Source: an uncultured virus (IMG/VR IMGVR_UViG_3300032331_001801) (Duplodnaviria; Heunggongvirae; Uroviricota; Caudoviricetes). From it: 64,000 bases of DNA. A program made the translations under genes and the position numbers. The stretch lies in IMG/VR virus record IMGVR_UViG_3300032331_001801, one strand, 5' to 3'. Positions 1-11,723 of the stretch are shown piece after piece. The stretch's first letter is position 1; every line of letters begins with the position of its first letter. The notes under the pieces were generated by a model. The model did no database searches, was not told the origin of the DNA, and saw only the letters and a program-made list of their open reading frames with translations.

Positions 1-3000
1 AGACAAGTCAATATTTTGTGCTTCTAAACGTGTGGTAGATTTCCATACGTCTGAAGCGGGGTCCAACTTAACTGAGCCAATATAATTGACAATGTTAAAT
101 GGATTAATATTCATTGTCTTAGATGCTTTGTTTTGTGCAATAAATGTTGTATTGGTTGATGCCAACATTAATAGTGGTCCATCAAGTTCAACATTGAAGT
201 TTGCTGTGCTATTATTTGAAAACACCCGTGTGGATGCAATATTATAAGAGCCACGAAGTTGTCTACCAACAATATCAATAGCAGCATTAAAGTCTGGTGC
301 AGTAAGTTGAGCACCACCTTTATCTGCAAATGAATCGACAAATACACCATTTTTAGGCCTTGATAAACCAACTTGATCACGAACTGTGCGATCATTCTTA
401 TTCAATGTGGCAAGTTCAGCAATTGATAACGATGTATATAATTCCAGATTTTGAATACGTTTTTCCAAACCACCAATATCTTTCATCGTATAACGGCGAT
501 TATTAAACGTTTGAATTTGTGTTGATGATGGATATGTTAAGTATGCTGGAAATGAAAGCACATACAATGACATTGCATCATCCGGTTGAATTGGAGATAC
601 TGGATTTTGAGCAGGAGTTCCCTGTAAAACCTGGAACTGACGATTCTTATTCAAAACAAGTCTATCCACACGTGAAAGATAATAAGAATAATCTGTTAAA
701 ATATCCATACCAGGTTCAGATATCTTAGTACCCATTCCAGATTCATCCACATCAAGAACAAAAGCATTTGCCGCTTGAGTTGAAGGCCATGTTCCGGTAG
801 CATCTTTACGAACTGGTCTAAAGTCTAAGTAATCACTTAGTTTGTAATTTGCGCCATCCTCAGAAATAAAAATTGGAATATTTCCATAATCAAAACCACT
901 TCCACCATTTTCTTGTGATCCTAAACGAGTATAAGAATCGACGTTAAAGAAACCTGAACCCGTAGATTTGAATCTATTATAACGAACAACTAATGGTCCA
1001 CGTGGAGCAGTTTGACCGGGTTTAAGAACAATTCCACCCCAATCATAGTATGAGTCTTTTTGACCTGTACTCAAGTCATAACGTGATGTTACGTTTGAGG
1101 AAGAGCCGGAAGATTTATCTAATGCATTATAGTTTGCAGTGCTAACCGTTGTGCCATTAAAATCAAAAATTGCATTAATAGAATGAATATCGGATACAAA
1201 TAAAGTTTGTGGTATACCTGGACGTCTTGTTACGAATGCTTCACTAATTTGTGTTTGACCATCATTTGGAGCAACAAAAACTGCACTATTACCAAAAATA
1301 TCATAAGCAGCGGAACCAGAAGATTCTACGTATATTGTATTTGCTTTGACATATGTTTTAGTTTTAGATGTTGGATTTGATGAATTGATGGTAGCATATA
1401 TGTTCGCAGTCATACTACCACCAAGATCGACAGTAATAGTACGTGAGGCTGTAGAAATTGTAGTTGCTTGTGCTGGAACAATAAATCCAGAATCCCAACT
1501 ACCTGATCCCTTTGAAGTCACGACAACTGTATAATATTGTTGTTTAGATGTTGTGGTTGTTGCAGACTGTAACGATTCGCCTGTACCAATTGGTAAAGCA
1601 GTTGAAACGCCTGAAGTGAAACCAACACTCTGATATAATCTACGATAGGAATAACTAAAATCTGCAATTGTATTATCAGCAACGTTTAGTTCACCAACTT
1701 TTAATAATAAAGGTTCAGATGATCTATCTTGAACTGCGGTTGGTTGAAAACGACCTCCATTTAATGTGATTGATGCTGGAGGTGCACCTATAGATAAACT
1801 TTTAGAAAGTGGTGAAATATTTGCTGAAGCAAGTCTTAATCCAGAACCATTAAGTACAACTAATGATTCGGCACTTTCAAAAGTAGGATACATTACAAAA
1901 CGCCAATTGCTTGTCGGTACAGTTGAAAATGGTGGAGATACTGTGGCAATATTTCCAGAACCAGTATAATCTGTAATAATACGTGCTGTATTTTCACCAG
2001 GATTTCCGCTAGGAGTACCACCAACCATCTTGATAGTCATACCTTTATACACATCATTGTTAGATGCCCATTGACCAGCAGGTAGAACAATTGTTGATGT
2101 TGATGTTGCTGTTGAAGGACCTGCAATATTGGTGCCATATTCCGTAACATCACGATTCACATCTGGTGCTAATTTAGTGAAACCTGCATTTGCTCCAAGT
2201 GGTCGAGTATTAATATCTGTTACAAAAACTTTATAGATATAATTATTACTATCGGATGTATTACCTGACACACTATAAAAAGAAACTAATTTAATTTTAC
2301 AATTACCAATAATTGTATTTGCATAAATTGCGGTATTACCAGCGGTTGTTGGATTTAAACCAGATAGATATGCATTAGCAGTTCCCGTATCTAAAAGAGA
2401 AATCTGAGCATTAGAATACTGATTTGTTGCAAAGTTACCATATAAACTATTTGCAAAAACGTAATAACCAAAATCAGAATTGATTCGTTGATTATTAACA
2501 AGATTTACTGTTCTAGGTTTTGGTATGCTAATTACTGTTGGTGCTAATGTTTGGAATTCATAACCTTTGATATATGCTTTACCCGAACTCAAAGTTACGT
2601 TAGCATAAGCAGAGTTTGCCTCACTTGTTGTTAAAGTGATTCCAAAGTTTTTAATAACATAATCGCCAGACTCATCATATGTTCTACGTGCCATCTCATC
2701 ACCAACGCCAGCATAGATTGGAGTCTGAACAATCTTTTGTGGTAGTCCATCTTTTAATACACCTAACTCAACAAATTGTGTTAGGTCTGTGCTATCTAAA
2801 GCACGATTTGCTAAAGTTAAAGTAATCTTGTATCGATCTGCACCAGGTGCTTGGAAGTTAGATGAACTTTGCGCTGGATCAAGTAGTGTTGTATCTTCAG
2901 TATAATCTACGATATCTTCTGCAACTTCAAATCCAATAATAGAATTACCAGTACGTGAATACTTGTCAATTGCAACCGATTGAGGTTGATTCTTTACAAA

Positions 3001-3540
3001 ATAACCTTCATAGTAGAACACACCTTCATTGATAGAAAATGTTTGATTATTACCTGTTGGATTTGTTGCTGCCGTATTTGCATAATAACTTACTGCATTT
3101 GAAGATGCATTTGCAGTGTAAATAGTTTCACCAGCAGTGAACGGATCACCGAACATTTGATTAATAATCAAAGTAACTGGCTGACCAAGAGTTGCATCAG
3201 AACTATATGATTTTAAAACATAAGCACGTTTAGTATTTGCCGAATTATAGATTGGCTGTTTGTCAAAATTAAGGTATGATATGTCGTTATTTGCGTATGT
3301 TGAAGCAAGATTAAGATAAGCAGTATTTTGGATTGTAATCTGACCACCAGTTACAATTGAACCAGACTTAAATACATGATCACCAAACTTTTTAATTTGG
3401 TCTTGTAAGATTGTTTGAGATTGAATTAGTTCACGTGACTGAACCGCAAATCCTGGTTTATACAGAATCCGATGAAAATCTTTATTATCATCAAAATCGT
3501 CGTAGTATGGATCAGTATTAAAATTCGTAATGAGTGGCAT
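1..3540 (-). CDS. Large virion structural protein, VrlC/DUF4815-like (3'-truncated by window edge)
   Basis: Not in ORF track because it runs off the window. Manual translation from ATG at 3540 gives MPLITNFNTDPYYDDFDDNKDFHRILYKPGFAVQSRELIQSQTILQDQIKKFGDHVFK, the characteristic N-terminus of this family; directly downstream of gp8. Confidence 0.85.
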   Translation of the reverse strand, partial: MPLITNFNTDPYYDDFDDNKDFHRILYKPGFAVQSRELIQSQTILQDQIKKFGDHVFKSGSIVTGGQITIQNTAYLNLASTYANNDISYLNFDKQPIYNSANTKRAYVLKSYSSDATLGQPVTLIINQMFGDPFTAGETIYTANASSNAVSYYANTAATNPTGNNQTFSINEGVFYYEGYFVKNQPQSVAIDKYSRTGNSIIGFEVAEDIVDYTEDTTLLDPAQSSSNFQAPGADRYKITLTLANRALDSTDLTQFVELGVLKDGLPQKIVQTPIYAGVGDEMARRTYDESGDYVIKNFGITLTTSEANSAYANVTLSSGKAYIKGYEFQTLAPTVISIPKPRTVNLVNNQRINSDFGYYVFANSLYGNFATNQYSNAQISLLDTGTANAYLSGLNPTTAGNTAIYANTIIGNCKIKLVSFYSVSGNTSDSNNYIYKVFVTDINTRPLGANAGFTKLAPDVNRDVTEYGTNIAGPSTATSTSTIVLPAGQWASNNDVYKGMTIKMVGGTPSGNPGENTARIITDYTGSGNIATVSPPFSTVPTSNWRFVMYPTFESAESLVVLNGSGLRLASANISPLSKSLSIGAPPASITLNGGRFQPTAVQDRSSEPLLLKVGELNVADNTIADFSYSYRRLYQSVGFTSGVSTALPIGTGESLQSATTTTSKQQYYTVVVTSKGSGSWDSGFIVPAQATTISTASRTITVDLGGSMTANIYATINSSNPTSKTKTYVKANTIYVESSGSAAYDIFGNSAVFVAPNDGQTQISEAFVTRRPGIPQTLFVSDIHSINAIFDFNGTTVSTANYNALDKSSGSSSNVTSRYDLSTGQKDSYYDWGGIVLKPGQTAPRGPLVVRYNRFKSTGSGFFNVDSYTRLGSQENGGSGFDYGNIPIFISEDGANYKLSDYLDFRPVRKDATGTWPSTQAANAFVLDVDESGMGTKISEPGMDILTDYSYYLSRVDRLVLNKNRQFQVLQGTPAQNPVSPIQPDDAMSLYVLSFPAYLTYPSSTQIQTFNNRRYTMKDIGGLEKRIQNLELYTSLSIAELATLNKNDRTVRDQVGLSRPKNGVFVDSFADKGGAQLTAPDFNAAIDIVGRQLRGSYNIASTRVFSNNSTANFNVELDGPLLMLASTNTTFIAQNKASKTMNINPFNIVNYIGSVKLDPASDVWKSTTRLEAQNIDLS

Positions 3541-3550
3541 TTATTAACCT

Positions 3551-5107
3551 TTAAAATCTAACAATAAGTCTAATGTTTTCTGCTTGACCATCTGCTCTTG
3601 TAGTCTTTACCGCATTTTCTGTATAAAGAATATCACCAGAGTATGGTTGAAATTCTGGATTTGCTGTACCAATAACCAAACGACTTGTACCAGAACTTGC
3701 TCCAACCATTGAGGAACCAGTAGTAAAAACACCTTTTACATTGGTCAATTTAATTATACTTGAGGTTTGATCCAATACAAATCCATATGCACTTGCAGTT
3801 GATGGTGATGTTCCTTGATAAACAAATTCATCTAGTGTATATGTAGCACCAGTATCAACTGAAATATCTGTGGTTAATGACACAACCGAACTTGCATTTG
3901 CTTGTGTTACCACATTAGCATCACCATATTTATGCGGGTCTACAAAGATACCATATTGTCTAAACGTAGTATTAGCAGATATTTTTCCATTTTCTGACGA
4001 ATCAATCTCACCAATTTTAACAGCAACCATAACATTGTTTGCGCCAAGTTCTTTTCCTGGATTATAGGCATGTCCATATTTTGGATCAAGAATACAACGA
4101 AGAGTAGCATTACTTCCTGTTCCATAGACATAGGCATTGGCACGGGAATATCCACGACCAATTGTAGACACCGTAACTTTAGTTACGTATCCAGCAGAAT
4201 TTACAACAGGAGTTGCTGAAATACTTGTTCCATCACCATCAATATAAACTCTGGTGGACAAAGACAACTGATTTGCAGTTGTCCCGCCACCACCAGCAGC
4301 AGTTGTTGTTCTTGACAGTGCGATCTTATTATTAGGAACATCAATTGAAGATATGTAAGTTCCTGGAGTAATACCAGTTCCTGTTACTGACATATTTGCT
4401 GCCACGTTAGTCGTATTTGCTAGTGTTAAAACTGAACAACCAGTTGTAAATAATAACGTGACTGATACATTATTTTCATAGTAACTGGCACCAGTATTTG
4501 TAACAACAATTGTGGAAAGTTCACCATCAACAACATCAATTATATTTACGCCATAATCAAGTTGTGATGTGGAAGTTGGAACTGGAATCCAAGTATTTGT
4601 TAAAAATTTATTAGATGGTTTTACATTATACATATACTTCCAAATATAACCATCGGATGTAGCAATATTACCATTTGAAGATGTGTAGTCACCAGTTGGT
4701 TCTACAGAGGAATTCGCTGAAGCATTATTTGATAAACACTTATAAACACTTCTACTGGAAGTCACAATATACATCGGCTTAACATTCAAAGATGTATTAC
4801 CTGTCAGCAATTCATCAAACGAAACGACATCATCATATTGTTTGTATTTCGTGTTTGCTGTCCAAGAGACTCTAGGAATCACAAATTCTACATCATTACC
4901 AGTAATCTTCTTGGCACCAATCATGTTGTCCCAAGAATTCTTTTCATCAGAAATAGAATCTTTGATTGATGGTGGTGTATTTTCATCGGTATACGCTAAG
5001 TGATTACCCAGAAATACATAACCCACAGTTGGGGATGGTTCATAGAACGATTCCTTGAACTGTGATGCCGCAATATATGCTAGTTTTTTAGAGGTTGCTG
5101 AAGTCAT
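3551..5107 (-). CDS. gp8: Baseplate wedge subunit gp8
   Basis: VIPRVSW...YKCLSN...EPTG...DGYIWKYMY motifs, C-terminal YTEN...R...QAENIRLIVRF; synteny gp6-gp7-gp8. Confidence 0.9.
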   Translation of the reverse strand: MTSATSKKLAYIAASQFKESFYEPSPTVGYVFLGNHLAYTDENTPPSIKDSISDEKNSWDNMIGAKKITGNDVEFVIPRVSWTANTKYKQYDDVVSFDELLTGNTSLNVKPMYIVTSSRSVYKCLSNNASANSSVEPTGDYTSSNGNIATSDGYIWKYMYNVKPSNKFLTNTWIPVPTSTSQLDYGVNIIDVVDGELSTIVVTNTGASYYENNVSVTLLFTTGCSVLTLANTTNVAANMSVTGTGITPGTYISSIDVPNNKIALSRTTTAAGGGGTTANQLSLSTRVYIDGDGTSISATPVVNSAGYVTKVTVSTIGRGYSRANAYVYGTGSNATLRCILDPKYGHAYNPGKELGANNVMVAVKIGEIDSSENGKISANTTFRQYGIFVDPHKYGDANVVTQANASSVVSLTTDISVDTGATYTLDEFVYQGTSPSTASAYGFVLDQTSSIIKLTNVKGVFTTGSSMVGASSGTSRLVIGTANPEFQPYSGDILYTENAVKTTRADGQAENIRLIVRF

Positions 5108-5123
5108 ATCTTTTATTTATTCG

Positions 5124-8100
5124 TTATTTCCATATAATCATTTCCTGACCATTGGCGGTCTGGCTAAATGAACCTACACTATTAACTCTTATAACTGCTC
5201 CTGTGCCACCAGTATTCGGTGTAACAGTTGGAGCATAGAAATATTCACCATTTGAACTAATATTAACTCTACGGATTGCTCCATTTGAAGGATATACTTC
5301 AATTGAACTCTGTGCTGCCGTATTTGTTCCTGTAAATCCAACATCAATTACTGCTACAGTTTGAGTATTTGATACGCCAGACATCGTAAATGTTGCATTT
5401 GTTACTGAGTTACTATTTGCGGTAATTGATACCGTTGTTTTATATAAAGTATTTGCTGTTGTAGTAGAACTTAAAACTGGAACGTTTGTTGTGTTAGAGT
5501 TGACTGTAATAGCAAAGGTTGCACCAGAACCACCTTGAGGTAATCCTGTTACAAAACTGTTTAAAGTCTTTATTGTAATTGCACTATTACCTGTATATAT
5601 TCCCTGATCAAATATGACTGTTCTAACAATTGAACCTGCGGAATTTACATTGACAGAAACGTATGCATTCGAATTGGCTCCACCGCCTTCAAATACAATA
5701 TAACCGTTTGCATAACCAGTACCTCCTGTGATAGGTAAAACTTCAGTTATAGAAACCGGACTGCTATTAATCGTTACAGATGGAGCAGTCCGATATAAAC
5801 CAACTTCATTTACAGTTATTTTGCGGATTGAACCATTTGAAGGATATACTTCCACAGTGGCACTCGCATTAATGAGAGGATCACCTCCAGTAAATATAAC
5901 GTAACCATTAGATGCAAAACGACCATATGTAAAATCAGGTGCTGTATTTGAAACAACTGCACTAACTGAAATTGGACCTGTATTTAACACAGCAGTTGGT
6001 GGTGTTGCATATAGTCCAGAATCAACAATTGTTATGTTACGAATTGTGCCATCTAACAAATTTGGACTAATTGTAAATACAGCATTTGAAACATTACGAT
6101 AGACAGTGTTACCTGTACCAGTTGCACCACCACCAGAAACAAACGTGGAGTATGTGAATGGTGAAGTGACTGTTAAACTTACATTACTTGTAATAGAGGA
6201 TATAAAACGAGATTCTCCATTAATGTTAATCTTATCTCCAACAAGCAATTCACTTTGGAAATTTGTTCCCGCACCGACAACTGATGCTGATGCTGCTGTA
6301 ACTGTAGCAGTTCCACTAATCCGTGTATTTGTTGCGGGAATGTATGCAGTAGGTAATCCAGTATATAAACCACTAGATAAAACCGTAACATTTACAATAA
6401 ATCCAGTTGAATTAACATAGACTCTAGCATTTGCAGGAATAATTTGATTGCTATTCGTAAATGAAATATAACCATTTCCATTGCTTACCCATGCTCCAGC
6501 ATTTGCAGTGATCGTTCTAACATTCAATGAATATGGTGGATACGTTTCAACTCGAACAACTGCTGCTCTTGTTGGAGTACCACCAGAGAATGTTAAAACT
6601 CCATTCGAATGTCCGTTGCCACGTGGAGTTACGCTTCCATAACTTGATGTGGTTACACCAAAAATAACTACACTTTGTGCTGTACTTGGTGCTGCCGCAA
6701 TAGGATTAGTTTCGTATAATCCAGAATCAGTAACCGTAATTCCTGTGATTCCTCCTGAACCATCTACAGTAAAAGAAGCAACCGCATCTCGAATTGGCAC
6801 ACCACCGATGAAAGATAAAGTACCGCTAGTGTAACCAGCGCCAGGATTAGTAATTGTAATGCTATTAGCATAAAGAACTTTATGTGGAGTGCTTGCTGGT
6901 AGAGCAATTGGAAGACCTGAATACAAACCTTGATCTACTAAAGTAACACTCTGTAAGTGTCCTGTTGCATTAGCAACTACAGTAGCAACGGCAGGAATTG
7001 CCTCATCTGCTCCAGAGAATACAACATTACCACTTTCGTATCCCGAACCAGTATTAGTAATAGTCAGACTTGTTATTCTGCCACCTCCACCACTGAAAAT
7101 CAAATTACCGTTTGAATATCCCGAACCAGAATTTGCAATCCAAATATCATTGACATTTGAAGATACTATTAATGATGTATTACTTACCACAGAATTAACT
7201 GTACGAATTTCTCCATTTACAGCAACTCTGGAACCAGCAGTAAATGCACCACGTGAAACGGCAGCATTAAATTTAGTATTTGTGCCAGTAACAGCAATGC
7301 TACCGTTACCAACATTAACTTTACCAGAAACTGTTAAGAATTGGCTGTCAGTTGCAACATTGATTGTACTAACATCCACATCAGCCAATTCAACCGTATT
7401 CGTTTTATTGAATTCTGAGTAGTTTACAAAACCAACAGGATGCAGCAATTCTTTTAATATTTTTTTATAACGATAGAACTCAATTTGTGAAGATATGACA
7501 TATGAATAATCAACATAATAATCTTGACCAGCAAGTTTTCTTTCTGTTGAAGATAAGATTGAATCTGATGTTGTCCAACGTCCTGGCGATGACAGATAAG
7601 AACGTTCAATGTCAGCATTTGCCATTGCTGTTCCTGAACCACCAGTAATAGTTACAATAGGAATATACTCATAACCGGAACCAGGATCAAGAACTTGAAT
7701 TGCTAGAATTTCACCTGGTTGTCCAATACCAGTTGGGAAAATGTTTTCGCCATCGGAAACAAGAGAATCAATTTCAACATTAGCACCAACACCACTAACA
7801 GAAGTTACGGTAATTGATGGAAAACTATTTTGAGTATAATTGATACCGCCTTTTGGATGTCTACCAAAAACGCCAATCTTTTTACTTGATGCTGAGTATG
7901 TGAATGGTGAAGTGACTAATAAATTTGTATCATCAGAAATAGTTGAAACAATTCGTGACTCATTATTAATATCAATCTTATCACCAACACGGAGATCGGT
8001 TAAGAATTTTGTCGATGTACCCAGAACTGATGTGGATGTGGCAACAACAGTTCCAGTACCAACAAGTCGAGTATTTGCTGTTCCAATTGTAACAATACCA

Positions 8101-9665
8101 CCCGATGCGGTAACAGATTCTACAGTTGCTGCTGCGGCGTGTCCGTATGTGCCTATAGGATTAGCACCAAATACAACTTCATCACCAATAACATAACCTG
8201 TACCAGGATTATTAATCTTAAAGCGTCCAATCGACCTCAAACTTTTTGGTGAACGAATAGCACCAGGAAGAGGACCATATGGTGCACCAAGTGCATCAAT
8301 TATGGGAGTATTTGAAGATGCTCCAGAGGTTAATAAAACTTTTACGTTGGTAATTGGACCAACCGACAATGTTTGAAATCCAATAATATCAACAATTCGT
8401 GTGTTTACATTTGGACTTGTTACTGCAATAGAATTAGCAAATGCATAATTTGCTGAACTTAGTAATGTTGATCCGTAAGGAGATACAATATCAGTCGATA
8501 CGATAAAACTATTCGCAGCATTTACACCAGTTTGATCAATACCATCAACAACAATAGTTAAAGTAACTGCGCCATTACCAGAAACTGCAACAGGAGAAAG
8601 ATTTGAGAATACTGAACCGCCACGCGAAACTTGAATGGATTCAATTAAACCTTTAAAAACTGATGACACTGTACCAATTGCGTTGACCGCAGCATTACCT
8701 CCAGTAACTAAAACTGAATCACCAACAACATAATTATATCCACCATCAACTACATTAAACTGCTTAACAATCGAAAATGTTGAAACTTGAATGTTGATTG
8801 TATTACCATATGGATCATCTGGATTGATAATTGGTATAGTTACATACTCACCATTTAGAAAATTGCCATCTAAAGAATCGGTATTAATAAGCAGTTCAAT
8901 AGGTAAACCAAGATTCAACGTGTCTGTAATAATACGACGATTTGCTTGTTCAATAATTGCACTTGCGCCAGATTTAAGGCCAATGACTTTACGATTGACT
9001 AATAAATCTGTATCGAAGTAATCATATACAACACGAATCGTTGTATTGTTTGCTGGTGCATTCACAAAGTTTAATTTGCGGTATTCTTTATTAACAAAAA
9101 AATCACTTGTTTGAAGAACATCATTTACAAATACACTAATCTCATTTCTACCAACAATCTGTGCTAAACTAAATGTTTTGGTTACTCCATCACCAGAATA
9201 AACAGTTGCAACATCCTGATTAATACGAAGTTTATTATCGATTTGCCATCTACTACTTGATGCTTTTAGCACATTATTTTTAGGTAAAACTAAATCAATA
9301 TCTACACCAAAAATAAGACGAAACAGTAACTTGAATGAAGCATCACTACCTTTTGATTTATATAAAGGTACAAGATGTTTAAACAAAAGTGCTTTGTCTG
9401 CTTGAACATCAAGAGGTATTAATGATGCATAGGTATTATAAAAATTGGTTTCAAAATCATTTAATGAAGAATCAACATCACGAATATCACGAAGAGATTT
9501 GGTAGTTGAAATAAGATTATTTGCAGTTACGCCTGTATTAGCAGTACCCTCAAGAAACTGATAATACGCTTCTAAGAATGTAATGAATACGGGATATTCA
9601 TCCCTAACAAATTCGGGAACTTGGCGATTAACAAGTATCGATGTTTTTAAATCTACTGAGGACAT
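5124..9665 (-). CDS. gp7: Baseplate wedge initiator gp7-like, with long repetitive C-terminal extension
   Basis: QVPEFVRDEYPVFITFLEAYY, LYKSKGS..SFKLLFRLIFG, QDYYVDYSYVI...LLHPVG motifs; between gp6 and gp8. Confidence 0.85.
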   Translation of the reverse strand: MSSVDLKTSILVNRQVPEFVRDEYPVFITFLEAYYQFLEGTANTGVTANNLISTTKSLRDIRDVDSSLNDFETNFYNTYASLIPLDVQADKALLFKHLVPLYKSKGSDASFKLLFRLIFGVDIDLVLPKNNVLKASSSRWQIDNKLRINQDVATVYSGDGVTKTFSLAQIVGRNEISVFVNDVLQTSDFFVNKEYRKLNFVNAPANNTTIRVVYDYFDTDLLVNRKVIGLKSGASAIIEQANRRIITDTLNLGLPIELLINTDSLDGNFLNGEYVTIPIINPDDPYGNTINIQVSTFSIVKQFNVVDGGYNYVVGDSVLVTGGNAAVNAIGTVSSVFKGLIESIQVSRGGSVFSNLSPVAVSGNGAVTLTIVVDGIDQTGVNAANSFIVSTDIVSPYGSTLLSSANYAFANSIAVTSPNVNTRIVDIIGFQTLSVGPITNVKVLLTSGASSNTPIIDALGAPYGPLPGAIRSPKSLRSIGRFKINNPGTGYVIGDEVVFGANPIGTYGHAAAATVESVTASGGIVTIGTANTRLVGTGTVVATSTSVLGTSTKFLTDLRVGDKIDINNESRIVSTISDDTNLLVTSPFTYSASSKKIGVFGRHPKGGINYTQNSFPSITVTSVSGVGANVEIDSLVSDGENIFPTGIGQPGEILAIQVLDPGSGYEYIPIVTITGGSGTAMANADIERSYLSSPGRWTTSDSILSSTERKLAGQDYYVDYSYVISSQIEFYRYKKILKELLHPVGFVNYSEFNKTNTVELADVDVSTINVATDSQFLTVSGKVNVGNGSIAVTGTNTKFNAAVSRGAFTAGSRVAVNGEIRTVNSVVSNTSLIVSSNVNDIWIANSGSGYSNGNLIFSGGGGRITSLTITNTGSGYESGNVVFSGADEAIPAVATVVANATGHLQSVTLVDQGLYSGLPIALPASTPHKVLYANSITITNPGAGYTSGTLSFIGGVPIRDAVASFTVDGSGGITGITVTDSGLYETNPIAAAPSTAQSVVIFGVTTSSYGSVTPRGNGHSNGVLTFSGGTPTRAAVVRVETYPPYSLNVRTITANAGAWVSNGNGYISFTNSNQIIPANARVYVNSTGFIVNVTVLSSGLYTGLPTAYIPATNTRISGTATVTAASASVVGAGTNFQSELLVGDKININGESRFISSITSNVSLTVTSPFTYSTFVSGGGATGTGNTVYRNVSNAVFTISPNLLDGTIRNITIVDSGLYATPPTAVLNTGPISVSAVVSNTAPDFTYGRFASNGYVIFTGGDPLINASATVEVYPSNGSIRKITVNEVGLYRTAPSVTINSSPVSITEVLPITGGTGYANGYIVFEGGGANSNAYVSVNVNSAGSIVRTVIFDQGIYTGNSAITIKTLNSFVTGLPQGGSGATFAITVNSNTTNVPVLSSTTTANTLYKTTVSITANSNSVTNATFTMSGVSNTQTVAVIDVGFTGTNTAAQSSIEVYPSNGAIRRVNISSNGEYFYAPTVTPNTGGTGAVIRVNSVGSFSQTANGQEMIIWK

Positions 9666-11722
9666 TATGCAGTTTCTAGTGTTGTACTGATTGATGTTGG
9701 ATCATCTACATCTAATGTAACGATTGTATTTTTAACTGTACTAATAATACCTTTTTCAGATTCTACAGATAATCGAATATAACCATCAGTTGATGATACT
9801 GATTTTATGTAGATGTTATTAATTTTAATTATGCCCGTATCATATTCAATCGTACCTGCTGTTTCATCTACAATCTGACGTTGTGCATTATTGTCATAAT
9901 AAACTGTTCTTACCTCACCAGTACGAGCATCAATTGTTGCTTCAGCAGTTGCACCATATCCATCACCACCAGAAATTGTTACATTAGCACGAGTATAATC
10001 AACACCACGACTAGTAACTTCAATATTCTGTATTCTACCATTAACAATAGTTGCGGCAGCATTTGCACCAACTCCATCACCTAAAATTGTAATTGTTGGT
10101 GCGCTGGTAAAACCTTGACCTGGATTTGTTACAGTAATTCCAGAAACTCCGGAGAATGATTGTGGAATTTCATCAAACTGAACAACTCTATCTGTACCAG
10201 TAGAATCAACTACGGTAAAAAATGTAGAAGATAGTTTGTTACTGATTGTGCCACGCCGAAGTGGAACATTAAAATAAATGAAGTATGGTTTCGATTGATC
10301 TGTTGATGGTTTAAATCGTTTCTGTACACGAACAATTATTTTTGAACCAATAATAGAATTTGAGTCTGTAGCATCTACCGCATCTTGAACTTTAGAAAGA
10401 ATAAACTTAGAATCAAATTTATCCAGATATGTTGTTTTATATGTCAAAATAGAATTGCGAATACCAGTTCGTAATTGATCAGTAGTTAAAGAAGTTTTCT
10501 TAGAATCATAAGTAACGGTGGGTGCAATCAACAAATACAAATATTCAGGATCACGAATAATTGTTTGTACAGCAACAACTGCTTTAGGTTTAATAATCTC
10601 ATCAATAATTCTTTGCTTTTCAGTATCCGACAAGTAATAATTTTGTTTTGGTTTCATGGCGATGTATACCCGACCATATGTTGGTGGAGTTTCATCTTCT
10701 CCACCCCACACTGATACAGAATCTACAGCAGGATAGTTTTTCTTGATAAAAGATTCATAGTCTTTGAATGTCACCAAACGATTCTGTGTGGTAAACTGAA
10801 GTGGAGCACCAAATTTGATTTCATCAACTGTCTCACGTTCAGCACCACCCGCTGCTTCAGCAACTGGATCAATTGTAAAATTAGTTAAGCTGTTATTTAA
10901 TGAATCCGCAAGAGTTGCAGTTGCAACAAAGTTATTTGCTTTATTTGCAGCAGTACCATTCGTTATCAAATAAGTAATTAATACAATGGAACCGTCAGCA
11001 ATCTTTTTACCTATAACATCATCACCAAAATAGAGATCATATTTCTGACTCTTGTTTTCCTGTAGATAAAACACAGGAGAAGTTGTAGTCGCTTCTGTAG
11101 CATCGGAAGCAAGAGTAAAAACTTCCGATGCTGTGTTTGTTGCCGAAGGTTGAACAGATACTGTAATTGTCGAAATATCGACACCCTCATCCGGTATAGC
11201 AAAAATTTGTTTTGGATTAGTTGCTTGATCATAAGAATATGAATATGTAACTAATTGACCCTCATGAATTGGTAGATTCAAGAAGTTGAAACTTGTATTT
11301 GATTTAGTTACAATCGTTTCACCAAGAGTTACAAAACCATAACTAATACCGTCAATTTCATTTGATAGGAAACGAAACCCTTTAGGAATTGTTACAGTAG
11401 CTGAAGTATTTGAAGTTGACGATACAGTAAAATTAATATTTGCCTGTGGTGCTTTACGGGAATATGGAACATATCCAAGAACTTTGGCGTGTGAAACAAC
11501 AGAGTCACGAAGCAAAGCTGTGTCTAAGAATGCTTCATTAGCAACCATGTTTACATAATAGGCATTATAATGAGTATTATACGCAAGAATATCCAACAGA
11601 ACACTCAGTCCCGAACCTTCAAAATCATAATCAGTAAACTCTGTTTGCCCCTGCAAATAAGTTTTTAAATTCTGCTTGATCTGATCAAAATCAAGTTCAG
11701 TTACTCTTAGACGTTCTGTCAT
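9665..11722 (-). CDS. gp6: Baseplate wedge subunit gp6
   Basis: ELDFDQIKQNLK...FTDYDFEGSGLSVLLDILAYNTHY, TQNRLVT..DYE, VSVWGGED motifs. Confidence 0.95.
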   Translation of the reverse strand: MTERLRVTELDFDQIKQNLKTYLQGQTEFTDYDFEGSGLSVLLDILAYNTHYNAYYVNMVANEAFLDTALLRDSVVSHAKVLGYVPYSRKAPQANINFTVSSTSNTSATVTIPKGFRFLSNEIDGISYGFVTLGETIVTKSNTSFNFLNLPIHEGQLVTYSYSYDQATNPKQIFAIPDEGVDISTITVSVQPSATNTASEVFTLASDATEATTTSPVFYLQENKSQKYDLYFGDDVIGKKIADGSIVLITYLITNGTAANKANNFVATATLADSLNNSLTNFTIDPVAEAAGGAERETVDEIKFGAPLQFTTQNRLVTFKDYESFIKKNYPAVDSVSVWGGEDETPPTYGRVYIAMKPKQNYYLSDTEKQRIIDEIIKPKAVVAVQTIIRDPEYLYLLIAPTVTYDSKKTSLTTDQLRTGIRNSILTYKTTYLDKFDSKFILSKVQDAVDATDSNSIIGSKIIVRVQKRFKPSTDQSKPYFIYFNVPLRRGTISNKLSSTFFTVVDSTGTDRVVQFDEIPQSFSGVSGITVTNPGQGFTSAPTITILGDGVGANAAATIVNGRIQNIEVTSRGVDYTRANVTISGGDGYGATAEATIDARTGEVRTVYYDNNAQRQIVDETAGTIEYDTGIIKINNIYIKSVSSTDGYIRLSVESEKGIISTVKNTIVTLDVDDPTSISTTLETA

Positions 11723-11723
11723 T

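Noticed and set aside
168..9021. Short ORFs overlapping the structural genes (e.g. 168-395, 519-728, 1346-1534, 6106-6420, 7840-8196)
   Set aside because: Antisense or off-frame shadows of long recognisable genes
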